Of a stretch of 64,000 bases of DNA, positions 18,285 through 27,680 are shown one piece after another (position 1 is the first letter of the stretch; the number at the start of each line of letters is the position of its first letter). The stretch comes from Planctomycetota bacterium (GTDB taxonomy: Bacteria; Planctomycetota; B15-G4; JADJEK01): assembly GCA_044225365.1 (NCBI GenBank), contig JBGAIQ010000004.1, positions 32,001-96,000 on the forward strand, written 5' to 3'. Under the pieces are notes generated by a model. It worked only from the letters and a program-made list of their open reading frames with translations, made no database searches and was not told the origin of the DNA. The position numbers were made by a program, and so were the translations under genes.

Positions 18285-18298
18285 GAGGTCCCGACGCG

Positions 18299-19951
18299 AT
18301 GCGACCTCTCTGCTCGATCGCGCCTGTCGTCCTCTCGTTCGCCACGGCGAGCTTCGCCAGCGCGCAAGTCGAGTTGTTCGAGGTCCACGGTGATTCGCCG
18401 AACGATCTGTTCGGCAACTCCGTCGCCGCCGCGGGCGACGTGAACGGCGATGGATTCGCCGACGTCATCGTCGGTGCGCCTTGGGACGGCAACAACGGCG
18501 CCAAGTCCGGGAGCGCGCGAGTCCTCTCCGGCAAGAACGGCGCGACCCTGTGGGCGTGGAACGGCGACTCCGCGGGCGACGAGTTCGGCATCGCGGTGGC
18601 GGGAGCGGGAGACGTCGATCAGGACGGCTTTGCGGATCTCGTCGTCGGAGCGCACCTCGACGACGTCGCCGGAGCCGACACTGGAACGGGCTTCGTGTTC
18701 TCGGGCAAGACGGGCGCGCTCCTCTTCTCCGCGCACGGGGCGCAACCGGACGACTCGCTCGGAGCCGCCGTCGCGGGTGCGGGCGATCTCGATCACGACG
18801 GCTTCGCCGACGTCGTGATCGCATCGCATCACTACAACGCGAACGGTCCGCACTCGGGCGCCGTCTTCGTCTACTCGGGGAAGACCTGGTCGCTCCTGTT
18901 GTCCGCGTACGGCAACTCCGCGGACGACGACTTCGGTCATGCCGTTTCGCTCGCGGGCGATGTCGACCACGACGGATTCGACGATCTGCTGGTCGGGGCT
19001 CACGGGTATTCGGCGAATGGGCCGCACGCGGGCGGTGCGTTCGTGGTTTCCGGCAAGACAGGTGCGAAGCTCCTCACCTTCGCAGGCGACTCACCCGGCG
19101 ACGACATGGGGCGCGCAGTGGCTGCGGGCGGCGACGTAAACCTCGACGGCTTTCCCGATCTCTTCGTCGGAATGCCGGGCGACGACAATCATGGCCTGGA
19201 GTCCGGCAGTGCCCGCCTGTTCTCCGGGAAGACGGGATCGATCCTCTTTCAGTTCGACGGCGATTCGACGGGCGACGGCCTCGGGATGGCGGTGCTCGGC
19301 GACTTCGATGCGGATGGCGACGGCGTCCCCGATCCGGTCACCGCGGCGCCCGGCGACGACGACACCGGGCTCAACACCGGAAGCGTGAAGATCCATGCCG
19401 GCGCGAACGGCGCGCTGCTCTACTCGTTGAACGGCGATTCGCCGGGACTACGGATCTGGCGCTCGCTCGCGGTGATCGACGCGAACGGCGACGGCGCCAA
19501 GGACCTCCTCGTCGGCAATCCGTACGACGATTCCTCCGGCGTCGATTCCGGCGAGGTCGCGCTGTACTCGGGCAATCAACTGGCTTGGTCGGATCTCGGC
19601 CACTCGCTCGCGGGCGGTGGCGGCGCGCCGCAGCTCGCGGGAAGCGGCTACCTCACGGCAGGCACACCGATCGCGCTCGTCCTGTCCCACGCCGCAGCCA
19701 ACGCACCCGTCGGCATCGTCGTCGGCTTCAGCGCACTCAACGCTCCGCTCTACGGCGGCCTCCTGGTCCCCTCGCCCAACATCGTCCTCGTCGGCGTCAC
19801 GACGAATCCGAGCGGATCGCTCGCCCTCAACGCGATCTGGCCGGCGGGCGTCCCGAGCGGAACGACCGTGCTGTTCCAGGACTGGCTGATCGACTCGAGC
19901 GGGCTACTCGGCTTCACCGCGTCGAACGCCCTGCGCGCCGTCACGCACTGA
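18299..19951 (+). CDS. Secreted FG-GAP/integrin-alpha repeat beta-propeller protein with C-terminal putative sorting domain
   Basis: Signal peptide (…ASAQ); about 7 repeats of FG.AVAGAGDV(D/N).DG..D..VGA; start set at ATG 18299 inside the 1319-aa ORF. Confidence 0.88.
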   Translation: MRPLCSIAPVVLSFATASFASAQVELFEVHGDSPNDLFGNSVAAAGDVNGDGFADVIVGAPWDGNNGAKSGSARVLSGKNGATLWAWNGDSAGDEFGIAVAGAGDVDQDGFADLVVGAHLDDVAGADTGTGFVFSGKTGALLFSAHGAQPDDSLGAAVAGAGDLDHDGFADVVIASHHYNANGPHSGAVFVYSGKTWSLLLSAYGNSADDDFGHAVSLAGDVDHDGFDDLLVGAHGYSANGPHAGGAFVVSGKTGAKLLTFAGDSPGDDMGRAVAAGGDVNLDGFPDLFVGMPGDDNHGLESGSARLFSGKTGSILFQFDGDSTGDGLGMAVLGDFDADGDGVPDPVTAAPGDDDTGLNTGSVKIHAGANGALLYSLNGDSPGLRIWRSLAVIDANGDGAKDLLVGNPYDDSSGVDSGEVALYSGNQLAWSDLGHSLAGGGGAPQLAGSGYLTAGTPIALVLSHAAANAPVGIVVGFSALNAPLYGGLLVPSPNIVLVGVTTNPSGSLALNAIWPAGVPSGTTVLFQDWLIDSSGLLGFTASNALRAVTH

Positions 19952-20233
19952 TCGCTCGCACGTCGCCGAGTGCCGTACTCCGCGTCACGCGAGGAAAACT
20001 CTTCCTCCCCTCCCCCTCCGAGCGCCGAACGCTTTTCCTCGTCGACCCTGTTCCCGGGCATCCCCGCCCTGCCCTCTTCGACTTTCTCAACTCGCTGCCG
20101 CTTCGAGAGTTGTCCTGATCCGGCGACGACCGTTCTCAAGGCTTTCGGTCACTGGCACTGCCTTTGAACCAGCGCTTCCCACGCGACGCACTCCGAGTCG
20201 ACGACGACTCGCTCTGCGCCGAAGGAGGCTTTC

Positions 20234-21352
20234 ATGCGTGTTCTGGTGACCGGTGGTGCGGGTTTCGTAGGTTCGCATTTGGTGGATGCGCTCGTGGCGC
20301 GCGGGTACCGCGTTCGCGTGTACGACAGCCTCGAGCGGCAGGTTCATCCGGGCGGGCGAGTCCCGTCGTATCTCGCGCGGGACGTCGAGTTCATCCACGG
20401 CGATTGCCGGGATCGTGAGCGACTGAAGCGCGCGCTCGATGGGATCGACGTCGTGTACCACGAGGCGGCGTACGTGGGCGTGGGTCAATCGATGTACGAG
20501 ATCCGCCGCTACGTCGAAGGCAATTCGGTCGGTGGCGCCACCCTCCTCGACATCCTCGCGAACGAGAAGCACAGCGTGAAGAAGCTGATCGTCGCGTCGT
20601 CGATGTCGATCTACGGCGAAGGCGGTTACCACTGCTCGCAGTGCGGCGTCGTCTCGCCGCCGCTGCGAACGAAGGAGCAGATGACGAAGCACGACTGGGA
20701 ACTGCATTGCCCCAAGTGCTCGCGCATCACGAATCCGATCGGCACGACCGAGGACAAGCCGCTCCAGCCCACTTCGATCTACGCGGTCACGAAGCGCGAT
20801 CACGAGGAAATGTTCCTCTCCTACGGTCGCGCCTATGGCGTCCCCACGGTCGCACTGCGTTACTTCAACATCTACGGCTCGCGACAAGCCCTCTCGAATC
20901 CGTACACGGGCGTGCTCGCGATCTTCGGTGGACGCATCCTCTCGGGCAATCGCCCCGTGATCTACGAGGATGGTCTGCAGACGCGCGACTTCGTCCACGT
21001 GAACGACATCGTCCAGGCGAACCTCCTCGCGCTCGACAAGGACGAAGCGAACTACGAAGTGTTCAACGTCGGCACGGGCCGCCCGAGCTCGGTGCTGAAG
21101 ATCTGCGAGTTCTTCCAGGAGAAGCTCGGCACGACCGTTCAGCCCGATATTCGCGAGCAGTTCCGCGAAGGCGACATCCGCCACTGCTACGCCGACATCT
21201 CGAAGATCACGAAGCGCCTCGGCTACCAGCCGACCATGCGGCTCGAGGAAGGCCTCGACGAGCTCGTCGATTGGGTCAAGGAGCAGAAGGCGCTCGCGGA
21301 CTCGTTCGAGAACGCGGCTTCGCAACTCGCGGCTCACGGCCTCGTGCGCTGA
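20234..21352 (+). CDS. NAD-dependent epimerase/dehydratase (WbiB / dTDP-L-rhamnose 4-epimerase-like)
   Basis: VTGGAGFVGSH, YAVTK, RYFNIYG, TRDFVHV, REGDIRH; Cys4 insert; GGAGG RBS. Confidence 0.88.
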   Translation: MRVLVTGGAGFVGSHLVDALVARGYRVRVYDSLERQVHPGGRVPSYLARDVEFIHGDCRDRERLKRALDGIDVVYHEAAYVGVGQSMYEIRRYVEGNSVGGATLLDILANEKHSVKKLIVASSMSIYGEGGYHCSQCGVVSPPLRTKEQMTKHDWELHCPKCSRITNPIGTTEDKPLQPTSIYAVTKRDHEEMFLSYGRAYGVPTVALRYFNIYGSRQALSNPYTGVLAIFGGRILSGNRPVIYEDGLQTRDFVHVNDIVQANLLALDKDEANYEVFNVGTGRPSSVLKICEFFQEKLGTTVQPDIREQFREGDIRHCYADISKITKRLGYQPTMRLEEGLDELVDWVKEQKALADSFENAASQLAAHGLVR

Positions 21353-21379
21353 ATCGAATCCAGAAGGAAGGCAAGGAAG

Positions 21380-24300
21380 ATGTCCTCGAACCACGAATCC
21401 GACAGCGGCGCGTACGACAAGCTCTACTACGACAACCACTGCGGAGCGGTGCCGTACGCGCGGGATACCGCGGCGGTGCAGAATCACTTCCGCACCCTCG
21501 CATCGACGATCGTCGAACGCTACCGCCCGACGCGCGTGCTCGACGTCGGTTGCGCGAAGGGGTTCCTCGTCGAACACCTGCGCGACGCTGGAGTCGATGC
21601 GTTTGGACTCGACAGCTCCGAGTACGCGATCTCGGAAGTGCGCGAGGACATCAAGCCTTTCTGCAAGGTCGACTCCGGACTCTCTCCGCTTGGCGCGAAG
21701 TACGACCTGATCACCTGCATCGAGGTCGCCGAGCATCTCACGGAGACGGATTCCGAAGCGCTCGTGAAGAACCTCTGCGAGCACACCGATCACGTGCTCT
21801 TCAGCTCGACTCCGCTCGATTTCGCCGAGGACTCGCACATCAACATCCAGCCGCGCGAGTACTGGGTCGAGCTGTTCGCGCGGAACGGTTTCTATCCCGA
21901 CCTTCGCTTCGAACCCTCGTTCATCACGCCGCAGGCGATGAGCTTCAAGCGGATGACGCGCAAGCTCAACGTCGCGATCTTCTCGAAGGAGAAGCCGGAG
22001 TGGGCCGTCGTGCGTCTACGCATTCTCGACCCATTGCGGGAACTCGAGAAGCAGGGCCGCGCGAACGTGACGTTCATCGGCGGCAACGACACCGAGCTTC
22101 CGATCGAGAAGCTCATGAACGCCGACGTATTCGTCATCCAGCGCGAGTTCGCGGAGAAGGCGTATTCGTCGGAGGTCGTCCAGGCGGCGATGCTGCTGAA
22201 CAAGGTGATCGTGTTCGAGATCGACGATCTGCTCACTCAGGTCCCGCGTTCGAATCCGGTCTACCCGCACTCGACCAGGATCGCGCAAGACCTCATCGAT
22301 GTCGCCCGTGACGCGGACTTCATCACGGCCTCGACGGGGCCTCTGCTCGACGAACTCGCACGCGAGGTCGTCGATGCCCGGCAGAAGGGCCATGTCGTTC
22401 GCAATTGCGTGAACACCGAGATCTGGGGCTCCGAGTTCATCGAGCGTGATCGGCGACCGGGCGATCCTCTCGTCGTGGGCTGGTTCGGCTCGCCGACGCA
22501 CCAGGAGGACCTTGCGATCGTGAAGGACGCGATCTCCTACGTTGCGAGGAAGTACCGCGGCCAGGTCGAGTTCCACTTCTTCGGTTACCTGCCGGAAGAG
22601 CTCGAGAACATCGAAGGCGTGAAACTCGTGCGTCGGTCGCAGCCCAACGTCGTGCTGCATGCGCAGGGAGTCCGCGAGGCCAAGATCGACCTCGCGATCG
22701 CGCCGCTCACCGATCATCCGTTCAACCGCAGCAAGAGCGACCTCAAGTGGCTCGAGTACTCCATCTGCTCGATCCCCGCGATCTTCAGCCGAGTCGCGCC
22801 GTACGAGAACTCGGTGGTGCAGGGCGTCACGGGCATCCTCGTCGAGAACACGACCGCCGATTGGGTCGAGGCGATCGAGCGCATGCTCCGCGACGACGAA
22901 CTCCGCCAGTCCATCGCCCGCAATGCGTTCACCGAGGTGAGGACGTCGTACTGCCTCGATGTCGCCGCGAATACCTGGGACGATCTCTATCGCTCGTTCA
23001 CGGTGTCGGGCTCGCGCCACGGTGCGACCGACTCGAACACCGACGAACTCGCCGCTGAGGCCGCGTCGCTCCTGTTCATGCATCAAGCGGCGCGACAGTC
23101 GAAGTTCGGCACTCCGCAGAGCGCGGTGACGAGCCTCGAGGCATCGCTCGCCTTCTCCAACAAGGCGACGACTCGTGCGGTGGCGACGGGCATCGGCCTG
23201 CTCAGTCACGCGCGTATCGGCGCGGGTGAGAAGATGCTGGAGACCACGACCGCGAAGGATCCGTGCGACGCGGGTTCGTGGCTGTGGCTCGCCAAGCTCT
23301 ACCGGATCACGGGGGACCCGGTGCGGGCCGAGCGCGCGCTCGATGCCGGCGCCCAGCACTGCCCCACCGACGTCGATCTCGCGCTGCTGCACGTCGATCA
23401 TCTGCGTGAAACCGGTCGCGACAGCGAGGTCGGTCCGCGTCTCGCGCCGCTCACCGAAGTCGACTACGAGCCCGATCCCGCTGTCATCCTCATCGACAAC
23501 CTGATCCGGATCGGCCGGCCCCAGGAGGCTCTGAAGATCCTTCGCAGGACCTCCGCCCAGCATCCCGACCTCGACTTCTCGGGACTCACCGTCGCGCTGT
23601 CGCGCGCCCAGTCGATGCCCGCGGACGCCCTCGGCGAGTGGAGCCCGTCACGGCACCGGCGCAACGCCAGCTCGTTCAAACTCGCCGTCTTCAGCGCGGA
23701 CCCGCTCTGCGGGACCCGCGTCCAAACGACTCTCGCGGCGCCACTGCGGGTCCTCGCGAGCGCCGGCCTCGCCGACACCGAATGGAGCGATGGCGTCACC
23801 CGCGCCGAGATCGCGGCGACGGCCGACATCTGCGTGCTGCACCGGGCGTTCCTCGGCGGCCCGCACGCGGCACGCACGATGGCGACGGCTCGCAATCACG
23901 GCAAACGCGTCGCGCTCATGCTCGACGACATGTTGTGGGACCATGCCGAGTCCAGCGTCGCGAAGTACGCGGAGGAGGTCGACTGCATCATCGTGCCGAC
24001 CGAGAGCATGGCGCAGATCGTGACTCGTCTCGCGCCGGCGGCGAGCGATCGAATCCACGTCGTGCCCGCGATGGTCGACGCCGAGATGTTCGGCGGTCGT
24101 CGCTGGCGCTCGTTCGAGAATCGGCCGTTCTCGATCGCGATCGTCACGAGTCACGCGAGACCGAACGATCTGCGCGAACTCGCCTCGCGAATCGGCACCT
24201 TCGTCGAGAGTCATCCGGGGCGCTTCACGCTCACGACGTGGTCGCCCTACTACGACGGCAAGACCGATCTCGCCGCGAGCAAGGCGGTCGGCTCGGCGTC

Positions 24301-24697
24301 GCCGTTCTATCTCGAGTACGCGAAGCGCCTCGAGGACAGCGCCCCGGACGTCGCGCTCATCCCGGTGTCGAAGGACGCGCGATTCGAGGCCCTGTCCGAT
24401 CAGACGTACCTCGAATTCTCTGCGTCGCGAGTCCCCGTGATCGCGAATGCCCGAGGACCGTTCAAGAGTGCGATCCAGGTCGGCTCCACCGGCTTCGTGC
24501 TGGGCGACGACTGGAAGAGTTGGATCGACGGGATCCAGCAACTCCATCAGAATCCGAAGCTCTGTCGCGACGTCGCGGACCGCGCTTGGACGATCACGTT
24601 CGCCGAACGCACCGCGCAACAGAACGCGATTCGGTTCGGGCAAGCCTTGGCCTCGGCAATCCGCGTCGCTGCCAAGCCCGTCGCCGCGATGGCCTGA
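21380..24697 (+). CDS. Multidomain methyltransferase + glycosyltransferase (GT-B) + TPR + second degenerate GT domain
   Basis: LDVGCAKG...CIEVAEH (MTase); VFEIDD, GWFGSPTH, FNRSKSDLKWLEY (GT); TPR-like helices; second copy LMLDD...ALSDQTYLEF. Confidence 0.82.
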   Translation: MSSNHESDSGAYDKLYYDNHCGAVPYARDTAAVQNHFRTLASTIVERYRPTRVLDVGCAKGFLVEHLRDAGVDAFGLDSSEYAISEVREDIKPFCKVDSGLSPLGAKYDLITCIEVAEHLTETDSEALVKNLCEHTDHVLFSSTPLDFAEDSHINIQPREYWVELFARNGFYPDLRFEPSFITPQAMSFKRMTRKLNVAIFSKEKPEWAVVRLRILDPLRELEKQGRANVTFIGGNDTELPIEKLMNADVFVIQREFAEKAYSSEVVQAAMLLNKVIVFEIDDLLTQVPRSNPVYPHSTRIAQDLIDVARDADFITASTGPLLDELAREVVDARQKGHVVRNCVNTEIWGSEFIERDRRPGDPLVVGWFGSPTHQEDLAIVKDAISYVARKYRGQVEFHFFGYLPEELENIEGVKLVRRSQPNVVLHAQGVREAKIDLAIAPLTDHPFNRSKSDLKWLEYSICSIPAIFSRVAPYENSVVQGVTGILVENTTADWVEAIERMLRDDELRQSIARNAFTEVRTSYCLDVAANTWDDLYRSFTVSGSRHGATDSNTDELAAEAASLLFMHQAARQSKFGTPQSAVTSLEASLAFSNKATTRAVATGIGLLSHARIGAGEKMLETTTAKDPCDAGSWLWLAKLYRITGDPVRAERALDAGAQHCPTDVDLALLHVDHLRETGRDSEVGPRLAPLTEVDYEPDPAVILIDNLIRIGRPQEALKILRRTSAQHPDLDFSGLTVALSRAQSMPADALGEWSPSRHRRNASSFKLAVFSADPLCGTRVQTTLAAPLRVLASAGLADTEWSDGVTRAEIAATADICVLHRAFLGGPHAARTMATARNHGKRVALMLDDMLWDHAESSVAKYAEEVDCIIVPTESMAQIVTRLAPAASDRIHVVPAMVDAEMFGGRRWRSFENRPFSIAIVTSHARPNDLRELASRIGTFVESHPGRFTLTTWSPYYDGKTDLAASKAVGSASPFYLEYAKRLEDSAPDVALIPVSKDARFEALSDQTYLEFSASRVPVIANARGPFKSAIQVGSTGFVLGDDWKSWIDGIQQLHQNPKLCRDVADRAWTITFAERTAQQNAIRFGQALASAIRVAAKPVAAMA

Positions 24698-24716
24698 TTC
24701 GTAGCGACCCCACGAA

Positions 24717-24749
24717 GGGCCCCCGGTGCACGACCTGCATCGGGGGCCC
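24717..24749 (+). terminator. GC-rich hairpin, likely intrinsic terminator
   Basis: GGGCCCCCGGTGCA-CGACC-TGCATCGGGGGCCC, 20 nt after the GT stop; weak U tract. Confidence 0.55.
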
Positions 24750-24885
24750 ATTCGATTGCATCCTCCGCGCTTCTTTTCACGAAACGAGCGCGTACGCTTG
24801 ACGAGATACCCTGGGCGATCGCATCGTTCGGGGAGATCGTCGATTCGTTTCCAATGGTTGCAATTCACTCCTGAAGGAGGATTCG

Positions 24886-25242
24886 ATGCGTTTCAACACT
24901 CTCGCGACGGTGGCCCTCGCGGCCATTTGTGCCGGCGGCTGCTCGTTCAAGGACACTGCGAAGAACGAGAACTTCAACGGCATGAAGGACCTGCACGGCA
25001 ACGCCGTGACCCACATGAACTACAGCCGCCTCGGTCTCAACCTGCTGTTCTCCCGCCCGTGGATCCACGACCCGACGCTCGACGCCACGGTCGCCGAGCT
25101 CACGGCCGACGCGAAGGCGGCGGGCAACAGCAAGATGCAGATCGTCCAGTCCGACGCGACGACGTACTGGTGGGTATTCCCGCCGATCAGCTTCATCGTC
25201 ACGCCCGCGCTGTCGAACGTCGCGGCCGACGTTTCGAAGTGA
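24886..25242 (+). CDS. Small lipoprotein, unknown function
   Basis: Lipobox-like AGG-C after a hydrophobic signal; GGAGG RBS; good codon bias. Confidence 0.75.
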   Translation: MRFNTLATVALAAICAGGCSFKDTAKNENFNGMKDLHGNAVTHMNYSRLGLNLLFSRPWIHDPTLDATVAELTADAKAAGNSKMQIVQSDATTYWWVFPPISFIVTPALSNVAADVSK

Positions 25243-25314
25243 CGTCCTGATTCCTCGCGGCGCTGGCGGATCCTCGATTCGCCGGCGCCGCGATTTCGTT
25301 TCGAAAGCGTGCGA

Positions 25315-26820
25315 ATGACGGAAGGCGAGCGACCCCCAAATTCGACGTCCCTGGACTTCGCGACGCTCCGGCGCGAGGCCGGAGGGACCGTCTACCTGGC
25401 GGCGCTCTGGAGCAGCGTTCCGATGTTCGGCGGGTTCTACCTGCTCGCGAAGATCGCGCCGGTCGCCGACGACCTGCATTCGCGCGGTGATTCCGGACTC
25501 TGGCTCTATGCGACGCTGTTCGCCGTGTTGTCGGGGTCGGGCGTGTTGCCCACCTACGCCATCTCCGCACTGGGAGGCTGGGTCTTCGGCTTCGAACGCG
25601 GCGCCGTTGGGGCGATGACGGGGATCACCTGCGGCGCCGTCGTCGGCTTCCTGATCTCTCGTCTCGTCTCGCACCAACAGGTCCGGGCCCTCGTCGACCG
25701 TCATCCGCAGGCCGCGATCGTGCGCCGTGCGCTCCTCGAACGCAGCGGCTTCGCCTCGCTACCCATCCTCGCGCTCCTGCGGATCCCGCCGAACATGCCC
25801 TTCGCGCTGTCGAATCTCGCCATGGCGAGCGCGGGCGCGAAGTTCGTCCCCTATGCGCTCGGAGCCCTGCTCGGCACTGCGCCGCGCACTCTCGTCGCGG
25901 TCTACCTCGCGGCGAGCGCGGCCTCCACCGGCGCCAAGGACATCCAGGCCTTCACGAAGAGCGGCGAAGGCAAGACGATGCTCGTCGCCGGCATCGTGAT
26001 TTTCTTCGGCGTCGTCTGGATCATCCAGCGCATCGGCAAGTCGGCGCTCGATCGCGCGCTCTTGAAGGATGCGGCGACCCGCGGGCCCTCTGAAGGAACC
26101 TGGTGGGCCCGATCGTTCGACCATTCGTATCTGCAGCGCTACGCGCATCGCGACGAGGCCGAGGCGAAACGGATGCTCGCCACCTTCGCGACCGTCGTCG
26201 ACTTCCATCGCGGTCCCATCCTCGATCTCTGCTGCGGCGCGGGGCGGCACTCCTCGCTGTTGCGGCAGGAGGGATCGCGGGTCTTCTCCCTCGACTACTC
26301 GATCGAACTCCTCGCGGCGGGCCGCGAGCGGGATCCGGCGCTCCGACTCACGCGGGGGGACATGCGGCGCCTGCCCTATCGCGATCGCGCGTTTCTCGGT
26401 GTGGTCCATCTGTTCACCGCTTTTGGGTACTTCGAGAGCGATGCCGAGAATCGCGGCGTACTCGACGAAGTCGCACGCGTCGTCGAGCCCGGCGGCTTCT
26501 ACGTGCTCGATCTCTTCAATGCGACGCTCGCGATCGGAAGCGCGACCGAGGGTGGCGGCAAGTCGGAGCGCAAGCTCGACGACGGCTCGATCGTCCGCGA
26601 GCAGCGTTCGTACGATCCCATCCGCAAGCGCGTCGAAAAGACGATGTCGAGCGGGACGCAGACTCGATTCGAGAGCGTTCGAGTGTTCGAGGAGAGCGAA
26701 CTGCGCGGGTGGTTCGAGGCGGCAGGCTTCGTCGTCGAACGAGTGCTCGGGGATTACGAGGGCGGAGCGTACGACGTCGCGGGATCCCCGCGGATGATCA
26801 TCGTGGCGCGACGGCGCTGA
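25315..26820 (+). CDS. TVP38/DedA (VTT domain) membrane protein fused to class I SAM methyltransferase
   Basis: N-half GGWVFG, LLRIPPNMPFALSN; C-half LDLCCGAGRH, GDMRRLP, FTAFGYF; one uninterrupted ORF. Confidence 0.78.
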   Translation: MTEGERPPNSTSLDFATLRREAGGTVYLAALWSSVPMFGGFYLLAKIAPVADDLHSRGDSGLWLYATLFAVLSGSGVLPTYAISALGGWVFGFERGAVGAMTGITCGAVVGFLISRLVSHQQVRALVDRHPQAAIVRRALLERSGFASLPILALLRIPPNMPFALSNLAMASAGAKFVPYALGALLGTAPRTLVAVYLAASAASTGAKDIQAFTKSGEGKTMLVAGIVIFFGVVWIIQRIGKSALDRALLKDAATRGPSEGTWWARSFDHSYLQRYAHRDEAEAKRMLATFATVVDFHRGPILDLCCGAGRHSSLLRQEGSRVFSLDYSIELLAAGRERDPALRLTRGDMRRLPYRDRAFLGVVHLFTAFGYFESDAENRGVLDEVARVVEPGGFYVLDLFNATLAIGSATEGGGKSERKLDDGSIVREQRSYDPIRKRVEKTMSSGTQTRFESVRVFEESELRGWFEAAGFVVERVLGDYEGGAYDVAGSPRMIIVARRR

Positions 26821-26897
26821 CTGCGGTCTGGTTTGGCATTACGAGATCAGTAGGATTCCGGGCCGCGACTCGTCGACCTTGGAGAAGGATGCACTGC

Positions 26898-27659
26898 ATG
26901 GCCTCGAACATCGGCTCCACGGAGCCCGCGCCGACCCGACCGATCGAGCTCACGGTCGGCGGCTTCCTCGAACGCGCCCTACGAATCTGGGGTGAGAATT
27001 GGGTCGCGGCGGCTGTCTGCGCGATCTGCCTCGGAATCCCCTACTCGATCATCAACCTGCTCTCGCAGGATGCTCGACACAAGAACTTCATCGTGAGTCT
27101 GGCGTTGATGATCGTCGGCCTCGTGATGAACCAGCTCGTGACTGCGATGCTCATGCTCTTCACGATGAGATCGCTCCAGGGAAAGAAGGCGAGCTTCGGG
27201 GAGGCGCAACAACTCGCGCTCAAACGCTTCTTCCCGCTGCTCGGCACCAGCATGCTCTATGGCTTCATCATCGCCATTGGAATTCTGCTGCTGATCATTC
27301 CAGGCATCATCTTTGGACTCTGGTACGCCGTTGCCATCCCGGTGGCCGTCATGGAATCGAAGAGTGGAATGGGTGCGCTCGAACGGAGCAAGGAGCTCAC
27401 GGACGGATATCGCGGGCCGATCGCAATCACGTTCTTCGTCGTCTCCGTCGTGGCGCTGCTCGTCGGTATGCTTCCAACCATGTTCTTGAACTCGGCGCTC
27501 ACCCCATTGATTGGAGGGGTGGGAGTGACGATTCTCTCCACGGTCGTCCAGCTCTTCCTGGGCACGGTGAGCTCCGTTCTGATGTGCACGATCTACTTCG
27601 CGCTTCGGACGAAGAAGGAAGGCCTCAGCGTGAGCGCACTGGAAGACGTCTTCGCCTGA
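26898..27659 (+). CDS. Integral membrane protein (type often linked to MoxR/RDD operons)
   Basis: About 6 TM helices; LLIIPGII...AVMES...ALERSKELT.G...IYFALRTKKEG signature. Confidence 0.75.
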   Translation: MASNIGSTEPAPTRPIELTVGGFLERALRIWGENWVAAAVCAICLGIPYSIINLLSQDARHKNFIVSLALMIVGLVMNQLVTAMLMLFTMRSLQGKKASFGEAQQLALKRFFPLLGTSMLYGFIIAIGILLLIIPGIIFGLWYAVAIPVAVMESKSGMGALERSKELTDGYRGPIAITFFVVSVVALLVGMLPTMFLNSALTPLIGGVGVTILSTVVQLFLGTVSSVLMCTIYFALRTKKEGLSVSALEDVFA

Positions 27660-27680
27660 GGTATCGGGCTCGATCGTCCG

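Noticed and set aside
15992-18298. N-terminal 769 aa of the 1319-aa ORF
   Set aside because: Arg-rich off-frame shadow of the SBBP gene; the real FG-GAP protein starts at ATG 18299 with a signal peptide
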